Part shown: piece after piece, positions 9,401-19,454 of the stretch
Layout: each line of letters starts with the position of its first letter
How positions within the stretch are numbered: position 1 is the stretch's first letter
Assembly: GCF_006345805.1 (NCBI RefSeq)
Contig: NC_043001.1
Span: forward strand, 125,364,001 to 125,428,000
Direction: 5' to 3'
DNA length: 64,000 nucleotides
From: Octopus sinensis
Lineage: Eukaryota
The notes under the pieces: generated by a model
The model's input: only the letters and a program-made list of their open reading frames with translations
Told to the model about the DNA's origin: nothing
Database searches by the model: none
Made by a program: the position numbers and the translations under genes

Positions 9401-12011
9401 GTGATTGGGGGCTGATTTGTAATAGATTCTTTGGAATGTAATATTTGTGTGTGTATATTTCTTTTATTCTAAAGTTGAGGTATATTAATCGTTTGTCGTA
9501 GACCCGTTAAGAAGTGGCCTGTATTTTGTAATAAGAGAGTTTCTTTACTTATTCGTTGTCTCGAGGTTGTATCGTCCCTAAATTGGTAGAGGGGAAAAAT
9601 CCTGAAGCCTGTGTTTTTTGTTGTTGGCGCAGTATCTATGTGTTGGCTGAAAGCTATTTTTCTGTTTTGGGGAATTTTATCTGGGATCTGTGCAGGGCCA
9701 TTCGTTTACGCAAACTATTTTTTGTTTGGCCTATGTACTGCTCTTGACACACCGGAGCAGGTTAGTGAGTATATTAGGTTCTCCGAAGCACATGTGAAGT
9801 TCTTTTCACTGTAAACCGTTGTCCCTGTTTGAAGGAGAACTCTGATCCCTCAATTAGATAATCGCATATCCCGCAATTGGGTCTTCCACATTTTTTAACT
9901 GTCGGCTTCTGTGTTGAAGAGTGAATTCGGGCTTGTGTTAGGAGACTTTTCATTTTCATGGATTTAGGCTGCCTCTTGCTTTTTATGATCGTGTGTGTTT
10001 GGAGGATTGTGTTCATTCTGTGGTCCTTTTTTTAGGAGGGGTATGTTGTGGAGGATGGTGCCGAAGGCTTCGTTATTGAGAGGGTTGTGTTTGGAGATGT
10101 ATGGTAAGGCTTTTGGTCGTAAGTTTTTCTTTGATTTGGGATGTCTCAGTTCCTTGATGTTAAGTTGAAGGGCACGTTGAATGCACTTGTCAATAAGTGA
10201 AGGTGGATGTTTCCTGGTGATAAGGGTATCTTTTAGTTCTTGTAGTCGTGTGTCTCTGGTGTTTGCATTAGAGACTATAGTGCATATCCTTTTTGCTAGA
10301 TTGAAGAGGATATTCATCCTGGTGTGTCTTGGGTGGCATGAATTGAATGGAAGATATTGCTTAGAATCTGTAGGCTTATAATATATGTCTGTTTCTATTA
10401 CATTATTAGCTTTCTTAATGAGGATATCGAGGAAGGGGAGTTGTTGCTGGGTATATTCCATCGTGAATTGGATGTTTACGTCCAGTCCGTTTAAAATTTC
10501 CTGGAATTCTATGAGTTTTTCTATATTTTTATGCCAAAGAATGAAACAGTCATCTAGATATCTCTTCCAGTTGTTTTCTATGTAGATGGAGAAAGGGCTG
10601 CCATATCTTTCTAGAACCTTACGATACAGACTGATCTCTAGATATCCTATGACTAGGTTGGCAAAGGAAGTGGGCCATTCGTGTACCCATCGCAGTCCCC
10701 GATTTTTGTCGGTAGAAGTTGTCATGAAGGCGAAGAAGTTATTTTCCAGATGATTTAACCCTTTCTATCACGAACTCTTTTTTGATGCGATGTGGTAGTT
10801 CGTTGGCGTGATTCTCTAGCCAGAATTGGATTGCCTCTAGTCCTAGGTTTGGGGGATATTGGAGTAGAGGTTGACTACATCGAAGGATACCAGTATGGTG
10901 TTTTTGTTTATAGTATTCGGTAGGTGATTGAGCATATCCAGGTCGTCCCTTATAATCCTTTTGACATGTTTGAGGAGTGGTTTTAACAGGGTGTCTAAAA
11001 AGTTACTGAGGCGGTGGGTTTCGCATGCGAGACCTGCTATTATGGGTCTCAATTTGAGGTCATTAGGATTAGGGACTTTAATTATTTTGTCTGTAGCTAT
11101 CTTGCATGCGTTGCTTATTTTCTCACTTTTGTGTATCTTAGGTATACCGTAGAACTGGCTGTTTTTACTTGTGAAATTGGTCATATAATCATATTCTTTG
11201 TCGGTGAGCCCTTCTTTGTATGGGTTTAACATGGATTTAGTTCCCTCATTATTTTTTGTTGACTGTAGTTTTGTGCCTTTTCATAGTATGTTGTGTCTTC
11301 CAGCATAGATAGTACCAAAGTTATGTAAAATGTCGTATCCATTAGACAACAGCACTCCCTTTATCGGCTCTTTGATTGTTATTGTTTTATCTTGTTTTAA
11401 TTTGTTCAACTCAGCCCATTCTTTTTTGCTGAAGTTTGGTTTGTGTTTTTGTTGTGCATATGTTGATATGGGTAATTTGATATGTGTTTACAGAAATCAT
11501 CAAGTGTTTTGTTCTTACCTTTAGAGGGGTTGTAGTTTATTCCTATTTCTGACTAACGATTCGTCCTCGTTGTATTTGTCGTATAGCTCCTCAGTAGTCT
11601 AATTTTCTGCAGAATTCTGCGATGTCTTCTTCATTTCATTGTAGTTGGGGTGTTGTGGGGTGGGTGTAAACTTGAGTCCTTTGGAAAGTATGTTTATTTG
11701 GTTTGTTGTTAGTTCCTTGTGAGTTAGATTGACAATTTTTATTACTTTTGGTTCCTCCTGCTTGTTTGGTGCTATCTTGTGTCTCTGTGTTTGCGTATTG
11801 GGTCTAAAAAATCCCAAATTTCTCCACCCCTTCTCCTCATCATCCCTCTTCTCCTTCTACCCTACCAAGAATTCACAACGACCTCCAACACACAAGCGCA
11901 AACAAGGGAGTCAGAGAAAGGCAGAATGCCACTGAAATTTGAAAACTATACAAATATTCCTTTAAAAAAACTTTTCTTCTAATTTTTCTAAATTTAATTA
12001 TTTAATCGTTA

Positions 12012-12049
12012 CAGTTGAAAAGGTCTCAAAATGACCGAAACCGGTACTG
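12012..12049 (+). ncRNA. Minimal type-I hammerhead ribozyme (U3-A8 covariant core), inverted-pLTR copy
   Basis: Identical motif on the + strand. Predicted cleavage 3' of A12046. Confidence 0.75.
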
Positions 12050-12131
12050 AAATGTTCTTTATAAAATTATTTTAGCATTTTCTATTTTGACTTGTTTTTT
12101 CATATATATCAACTCGTGTGTTCCTTTTCAC

Positions 12132-12175
<44 letters not shown>

Positions 12176-12177
<2 letters not shown>

Positions 12178-12315
12178 GACGGGCTTCCTTCAGTTTCTGT
12201 CTACCAAATCCACTCACAAGACTTTGGTCGTCCCGCGGCTATAGTAAAAGACATTTGCCCAAGGTGCCATGCGGTGGAATTGAACCCGAAACCATGTGGT
12301 TGGAAGCAAACTTCT
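12176..12315 (-). mobile_element. SINE family B, 5' half
   Basis: ACGACGGGCTTC...TACCAAATCCACTCACAAG...TTGCCCAAGGTGCC...AACCATGTGGTT. Confidence 0.75.
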
Positions 12316-13083
12316 TATGGATGGATTGATGGATGGATGGACGGACGAACGGATGGACGGACGGATGGTTGGATGGATGGATGGATGGATGGATAGATGG
12401 ATGGATGGATGAATGGACGGACGGACGGACGGACGGATGATGTACGTATAACCCCTGTATTTCGAGTCACGCATACTCTATCGTCAGAGGCACCAGACAT
12501 ATATTTTGCTCTTGATGATATCCTATGAGCAACCCAGAATCGACAAGCCACTTGTAAAGCCAATCTTCAAAGAATTAAGTTTTATTAACTTTACATTGCT
12601 AAAAGGCATTGAGTGCTACATTCCATAATAGTACCCAATGGTTATATAAACAGTAATTTAATATCTAACTTTTTATCAATATATATATATCAGGAACGTG
12701 TCGAATGGATAGACAAGGTAAGTAGTATCCACCTAAAACTATAAATATTTATTCTTTGGTCAAAGAAATAAGTGGTTTACAATTCATTATAAAATTTCTA
12801 GTTCTAAAGCATGATTTTCGGTGCACAATCCGGTAAATGACTATTATTTTGATATCAGATAGACACGATTTCCGCTGCCTTTCAACTTCATTGTATATAC
12901 TAAGCGTAACGATAATAATCGCGCATGCCGTGAGTTCGGATCTATAAAATATATAAAATCTAATTGACATGCAAACAGAAATTTCAACTGCTTCCGTAGG
13001 TTTCGTAACAGAATGAAAGTGCCCAGCTTGCATTACGTTTCACGGTGTGCTGTCGGTTTCTAATGATGAAGCTAATTACATGT

Positions 13084-13101
13084 CGTTCCATGTGAGCGTA
13101 T

Positions 13102-13145
<44 letters not shown>

Positions 13146-13310
13146 GGTGGTGGTAGTAGTAGTAACAGCAACAGTAGTAGTAGTGGTGGTGGTGGTGGTG
13201 GTGGTAGTAGTAGTAGTAGTAGTGGCAGCAGTAGCAGCAGTAGTAAACAGTAGTAGTAGTGGTGGTGGTGGTGTTAGTAGTAGTGTAGTAGTAGTTTAGT
13301 GGTGGTGGTG

Positions 13311-13344
<34 letters not shown>

Positions 13345-13403
13345 AGTGGCCGCAGTAGCAGCAACAGTAGTAGTAGTAGTCGTGTAGTAGTGTGGTGGTG
13401 GTG

Positions 13404-13437
<34 letters not shown>

Positions 13438-13646
13438 AGTAGTGGCAGCAGTAGCAGCAACACAGTAGTAGTAGTAGTAGTAGGTATGGTGGGTGGTGTG
13501 GTGTAGTAGGTGTGTAGTGTAGTGTAGTGGTGCGTAGTAGTAGTAGTAGTAGTGGTTGGTGTGGTGGTAGAGTAGTAGTAGTAGTAGTAGTAGCAGCAGT
13601 AGCAGATTAGCTAGCAGTAGTAGCAGTAGTAGCAGTAGTAGTAGTA
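13084..13646. repeat. Mosaic (GTA)n/(GTG)n/(GCA)n trinucleotide tract
   Basis: Direct reading. Confidence 0.92.
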
Positions 13647-14065
13647 CATGTGAAAAAGAAAACTAGGTAACAAAAGCAAGTAACGAGAATATTCTAACTA
13701 GCAAGATACCTCAGAGGGCAGGTGGCGGGAGGGGTGATAATACCAAAGGCTATTCAAGGAACCCCCCCTTAGAAACTGGATCATCCCAACCATGAATGCA
13801 AATGCCTTTTCTCAACTATTGTCTTCTTGCTTGCAGGCGTATGCTCAAAGCCAACCCCGTTCACTCGGCCTGTGTCCGCTTCTTTCACCTTACCTTTCAA
13901 CAAATTTACTAGGATGAGAGACAACATTCCCTGTTCAACCTCACCTTGAAGCGAAACTTGAATGATCTCTGAATACCTGGCTGAAGAAGAAAGTAGTTTT
14001 CAGTTTTCAAGCTTGTCCATCACACAACCTTTTTTATTTTTATATCATAGTTACCAATCAGATAG

Positions 14066-14390
14066 AGTGAAGGTGCGTGGCTTACTGGTTAGGGTATTCG
14101 GCTCACAGTCGTAAGATCGTGAGTTCAATTCCCGGTGACGTGTTGTGTCCTTGAGCAAAACACTTTATTTCACGTTGCTTCATTTCACTCAGCTGGCAAA
14201 AATGCATTGTACCTGTACTTCAAACAGACCAGCCTTGTCACATTCTATGTGACGCTGAATCTCCATGAGAACTACGTTAGGGGTACACGGTCTGTGGAGT
14301 GCTCGGTCACTTGCACGTCAATTTCACGAGCAGGCTGTTTCGTTAATCGGATCAACTGAAAAATCGTCGATGTAACCGACAGTGCTTCTT
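14066..14390 (+). mobile_element. tRNA-derived SINE family D
   Basis: TGGCTTACTGGTTAGGG...GAGTTCAATTCCC head, GTGTCCTTGAGCAAAACACTT core, and a tail shared with 41780-41980. Older relatives at about 38770-39110(-), 44445-44690(+) and 44770-45095(-). Confidence 0.75.
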
Positions 14391-14425
14391 AGCAGATAAA
14401 AACCGCCCGATCTTTCCGACTCCAG

Positions 14426-14999
14426 CAGTGGTTCTCGACCATTTTTGTCTGTGGGCCATTTTAATTCCAGTTTTACACTACTGGACCTCTATAGCTATTC
14501 AGTGTTTAGAAAATCCTCTTATATTTTTACAATGAAATAATATTAGCAATTGTATTAAAAAAAATTGTTAAAATATTTTACGTATTGTAGAATTATAACC
14601 AATATATTGCACATGTGGAGGCGCAATGGCCTAGTGGTTAGGGCAGCGGACTCGCGGTCGTAGGATCGCGGTTTCGATTCCTAGACCGGGCGTTGTGAGT
14701 GTTTATTGAGCGAAAACACCTAAAAGCTCCACGAGGCTCCGGCAGGGGGTGGTGATCCCTGCTGTACTCTTTCATCACCACTTTCTCTCACTCTTTCTTC
14801 TGTTGGCCTGCTCGCTTAGCCAGCGGGGTGGCGTCATTTGAAGGCTAAAAGAATGCGAACGCATTGTGACCAGCGATGTGTAGCAACATCTGATAGCCTT
14901 GTCGGTCACGGTGATCACGGTGATATTGCACATACATTTTAACAATAAGATCTTATATGGGCTCACAAGGATTATATGGATCCCCGTTGAGAACCACTG
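14426..14999. mobile_element. hAT-type MITE interrupted by a SINE
   Basis: TIRs CAGTGGTTCTCG / TTGAGAACCACTG. Related copy at 55173-55534. TSD not evident. Confidence 0.65.
14615..14922 (+). mobile_element. tRNA-derived SINE family C with 11-bp TSD
   Basis: GGAGGCGCAATGGCCTAGTGGTTAGGGCAG...GGTTTCGATTCC head. TSD ATATTGCACAT at 14604-14614 and 14923-14933. Confidence 0.85.
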
Positions 15000-15829
15000 A
15001 GCTAGCGGGAGGTGATGAGTCCTACAAAGGACTCAGCCGGTAATCGGATCCGTTCTACATGCGATACCTGCTGCTGAACAAAGCTCCACGAGTCAGCGAT
15101 GCATAGACACCGAAAGAGTACGTGCAAAACGGTTTTGTCACTCTACACGCATCTTCCGTGCTTATAGGGTTTGTACTGATCTACTAATGATCCTCATAGA
15201 CACCGCCTGGCAAGAAATTCTCCGGAATAGGTGAGCCTGTTTGTCACTGACACCCAAGATCTCTGAGACTGTCGACGCACGTTCCCATAACAAATTCTCT
15301 ATACCGCGCCGCCTTAAGGTATGGACATACTGAACAGTTGCTCAGAAGTCTCACGGGTTTAGGGGCCCGTATGTATGCTGTGGCTTGTTGCCAATGAATA
15401 AACATTATAGGGTCCAGTGCACTGATTCGCCCAGAGGCCTGTAATATTGCTAAGAGAGCCCTGCCTCTAAAGAATTCCAACGTAAAACTTCCAGGCAGCA
15501 TTGCACGACAGACAAAGGGTTATGAGCACTTGACAATATTCTCGATCTTTACTTGATCCAGGATTGCAGCCCCATTAAGGAAACAAACCAAGTAAAGACG
15601 TGCTTGACAAAGGGCAATCACACGTGTCGAGGGATATTTGCAGCTGTAGCAACAATATATTCTGTCCTTCATGCAAATGATGTTAACAACTATTGAACCA
15701 TCTGATTAGGGAAACAAATCTATACATACACGCACAAGCACATACACGCATATATTATACATACATACATACATACATACATACATACATACATACATGC
15801 ATACAAATATATATATAGATATATATATA

Positions 15830-16050
15830 TCCTGTCTGACCACCTCTGTCATGCCATCGCCATTATTGACCGCTAGCTACTAAAGCTTTCTTTTTATTCT
15901 TTCTCTGTTTATTTTCTCGTATTCCTTTCTGTTGAAGAGCGTAGACTCGAAACGTAACACACTTTCTCACCTTCCCGAGCGTTAAACTAATACACCTGTT
16001 TGTTGTTTACACATGTCTTTATTTTTTTTTTTTTTTTTTGTAAATTCCAA
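15830..16050 (+). mobile_element. Short PLE-type non-coding element with a degenerate hammerhead
   Basis: CTGTTGA-A-GAGC-GTAG-ACTC-GAAA-CG-T-A at 15929-15956. The downstream CTTCCCGAGCGT..A.TAATA is similar to the 35157-35340 element. Confidence 0.5.
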
Positions 16051-16436
16051 CTGTATATGAACTTGACCTGGCGAGAAGCCTGCGGTATACACCATACTTT
16101 GAAATTTACCACTTTCGAGGTTCCGCTCGCGATGAAATATATAGAGCCTAGATCTTATCTTCTCCCTTCCTTAACTCTTGTATATATAACGATGAATAGC
16201 CTTCGCGTAAATCACTGGTTCGTTTTGTTTTCTTACTTTATTATTATCTTATAATCATCTCATAATAATGACCTTTATGACTCGTATTACTACTTCAGCC
16301 AATATAAATTTATATATTTGTCTCTATCTGTCATAAATAGCCTTTTTCTATTTGCAATATGCATTTTCGTTGATTTTTCATATTTTACCCTTACATTTCC
16401 ACGTGTATTTTATATTTTCTTTTCGTAACATATTTC

Positions 16437-16471
<35 letters not shown>

Positions 16472-16539
16472 CACAAACACATGCATATATGGGTACAGGA
16501 CGTCACCAACAGTAAACTACATCAAATACGAAAGCAAAT

Positions 16540-16700
16540 GATTGGCTGTGTGGTAAGTAGCTTGCTTACCAACTACATTGTTCTGGGTTCAGTCTTACTG
16601 CGTGGCACCTTGGGCAAGTGTCTTGTACTATAGCCTCGTGCCGACCAAAGCCTTGTGAGTGAATTCGGTAGACGGAAATGGAAAGAAGCCCGACGTATGT
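16540..16700 (+). mobile_element. SINE family B, 5' half
   Basis: GGCTGTGTGGTAAGTAGCTTGCTTACC...GGCACCTTGGGCAAGTGTC. Confidence 0.8.
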
Positions 16701-16711
16701 GTGTGTGTGTA

Positions 16712-16762
<51 letters not shown>

Positions 16763-17009
16763 TAAATGCAGCTCTATAAAAGGCAAATGTGTATTTGTTG
16801 TGTATACGCATGTATAGCTACAACCTTCTCAACAATGGGATTGCCCTGGGTTTCACTTCCATAAAGCGCTCAGCTTTACGGCGTTTCTTCAGACCCTAAT
16901 GGCCAATGGCCTATAACTTCTGCTCAAAGTGGAGGGAGAAAAAACGTCGTGGCTAGTTGTTGGGGTTTCGTAAAGCGGGTCCAGGTAAAGTGAGGTATTA
17001 CTGTATATA

Positions 17010-18541
17010 TATATATACTACATGTGTGGAAAAATCAGTGTGTGTTTGTTTGTGGCGTTGTTAGCTAACTCCTCCTACATCGTTTTATTGATTTTGATGA
17101 AACTTGACACATAAGTAGAACTCATGTCTGGAAACCTCGTGACATACTTAGATTGTTGACAGAAATCGATAATACGGCCCCTGGAAGGAATCTTTATATC
17201 TGTCTCATATAACTATTTTTTTAAAACTATCTGTCTCATATAACTATTATTTTTAAACACTCAAGGGAAATAACCCGTAGCACCTGCATTTACAGTTGTT
17301 AGTTTTTAGCGAAGCGATCAATATTTGATTTTCACGATCTGTGGACCTAATTCTGCATTTCACCACTCACAGTTTTCAACTGCTATACCTTATTATTGCA
17401 CTTTCTTGATGCATGTACACTTTTAATGCTCATAACTCCGATAATTCTGCATTTTTCCAATTAAAATGTTTCAATGACACTACATAAATTTTTGATTCCA
17501 GAACGTATTTAATAAGTGTGTCCCAATACAATGAACTCATACTTTGAATGCTTAAAATTCTTAAAAAATGAAACCAAAATTCCACACCACATTCAGTTGG
17601 GACACCCTGCATCACTTATACTTATTTTACAAATGGTAATATTTATTGCTTATTTACAGTTCACACAACGTTTTCATGAAACGAACTGAGCCATCGAATT
17701 TAGAAATATTTTACAGGTTTCATTGTTTATGTTCGATTACTTTGAATATCGATTTTTTGTGTGTCCAATTTCTAATTTTTGCAAACAATATCACTTTTAT
17801 ACTTTATTTGACACGTGAGTAGAAGTCATGTCTGGAAACCTCGTGACATACTTAGATTGTTGAAAAATATCGATAATAGGCCATTCTATGGATCCTTCTA
17901 TCTACTACATATTACTAATATTTTATTTAAACAACCCAAGGGAAATAACCCATACCACCTGCACTTTTTAGCGAAGCGATCAATATCTGATTCTCACGAT
18001 CAACAGACCTAATTCTGCATTTCCTTATTCAGTTTTTACCCTGCAAGACTGAAATTTTGGAACAAAGGTACTTCTCCGTCCGAAAACCTCTCTTGCCAAC
18101 CTACGACAACCTCACTCGCAACCCCCGACAACCTCTCTCGCTAACCTCCGACAACCTCTCTCGCCAACCTCCAAAAACCTCTCTCGCCAACCTCCGACAA
18201 CCTCTCTCGCCAACCTCCGACAACCTCTCTCAACAACCTCCGACAACCTCTCTCGATAACCTCTGACAACCTCTCTCGACAACCTCCAAAAACCTCTCTC
18301 GCCAACCTCCAAAAACCTCTCTCGCCAACCTCCGACAACCTCTCTCGACAAACTCCAAAAACCTCTCTCGATAACCTCCAACAATTCTCTCTCTCCTAAA
18401 GCTGACAGTCTTTTTGTACATTTTCGCGACGGAAATATACCTTTTGTTGCAGTTATAATGAAATTGCTTTCTTATATCAGTGTAACAAGACGTTTCGATA
18501 GAACGTCTTTATCCCCGTGAATTTCCGGGTACACCAGCTAG
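17010..18541 (+). mobile_element. Non-autonomous Helitron-like element with internal duplication and minisatellite
   Basis: 3' hairpin CCCG-TGAATTTC-CGGG (18514-18529), then CTAG (18538-18541), then T. 5' part has GTGTGTTTGTTTG...GATTTTGATGAAACTTGACAC. Flanked by (TA)n. The 5' boundary is approximate. Confidence 0.65.
18078..18395. repeat. Minisatellite, 23-bp unit AACCTCTCTCGCCAACCTCCGAC, about 14 copies
   Basis: Period measured between 18176 and 18199. Confidence 0.92.
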
Positions 18542-18790
18542 TATATATATATAAACTTAGATAAAGTTAGATATGTTTTGACCAAAAGATTGGTCCAGGC
18601 CATGTCTAACTTAATAGCACCACCTGATAGGATTATCTAAATCCTGTTTAAGTCAAGTTTTGTTTATGGCCCATTCAAGTAGTGAGTTCTTCTTGAGTGT
18701 GTTCTATCCAGGTATGGGTGGCTTATCCGGTATTCCTTGGAGAAATCTGTCCATATATATATAAAAGAGAGTAAAAGAGTATATATATAA

Positions 18791-18825
<35 letters not shown>

Positions 18826-18830
<5 letters not shown>

Positions 18831-19030
18831 TCTTTTACTCTCTTTTACTTGTTTCAGTCATTTGACTGCGGCCATGCTGGAGCACCGCCTTTATCGAGCA
18901 AATCGACCCCGGGATTGTAAGCCCAGTACTTATTCATCTCTCTTTTGCCGAACCGCTAAATTACGGGACATAAACACACCAGCATCGGTTTCAAGCAATG
19001 CTAGGGGGACAAACACACACACGCATATAT

Positions 19031-19062
<32 letters not shown>

Positions 19063-19230
19063 ATATATACGACGGGCTTCTTTCAGTTTCCGTCTACCAA
19101 TCCACTCACAGGCTTTGGTCGGCCCGAGGCTACAGTAGAAGACATTGCCCAAGATGCCACACAGTGGGACTGAACCCGAACCATGTGGTTGGTAAACAAG
19201 CTACTTACCACACAGCCATCCTGCGCCTAT
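18826..19230 (-). mobile_element. SINE family B, full copy
   Basis: TACTCTTT tail, 3' module, internal (TA)n, CORE-like and tRNA head, all in reverse orientation. Confidence 0.85.
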
Positions 19231-19234
19231 AGTA

Positions 19235-19430
19235 TATAGTTAATCAAAACAAATATCCAAACCGAAAACAAAAAAACACACATGCGAGGACGTGGAACAA
19301 CTATGTATTATTGACGCTCAGGAAGAAGGGAAGAAGGAGGGTTTAACGTTCGAGCGGAGATCTTCTCGGAAACATAGGAGAAGGGAGACAGAGGAAAAAA
19401 TATCGCCAACAGTACACACGAGGTCACATT
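19235..19430 (-). mobile_element. Short HHR-bearing element (same family as 35157-35340), decayed core
   Basis: Reverse complement CTCCTATGTTTCCGAGAAGATCTCCGCTCGAACGTTAAACCCTCC...GAGCGTC...TTTTGATTAAC(TA)n. Confidence 0.7.
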
Positions 19431-19454
19431 TTGATATATATATATATATATATA

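Larger units (their letters stand above)
8672..12101 (-). mobile_element. Penelope-like element (Neptune-like RT + GIY-YIG), 5'-truncated and frameshifted, with inverted 290-bp pseudo-LTR
   Basis: Minus strand: VNLTHKELT..INILSKGLKFTPTP; ADKGSAVV; FYGIPKIHK...LRPIIAG...SFDVVNLYSNIP; WKRYLDDCF...QFTME...LPFLDILI...YYKPTD..QYL..NSCHP; KCGRPNCGIC; CASENLIY.LTCSG...YIGQT...LRKRM..H. 8672-8961 is the reverse complement of 11812-12101 (about 4 mismatches by eye). Both ends abut (TA)n. Confidence 0.93.

Noticed and set aside
14615-14690. SINE heads (families A-D) as tRNA genes
   Set aside because: A/B boxes are present, but there is no complete cloverleaf and each continues into SINE body sequence.
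15012-15042. GTGATGA-GTCC-TACAAA-GGAC-TCAG-CCGG-TA, hammerhead-shaped
   Set aside because: C3 is lost and GAAA is replaced by TCAG, with no clear stem I. At best a fossil.
15050-15520. Possible decayed Tx1 C-terminus on the minus strand (RKMRVE word)
   Set aside because: Only one short motif matches; too weak to annotate.
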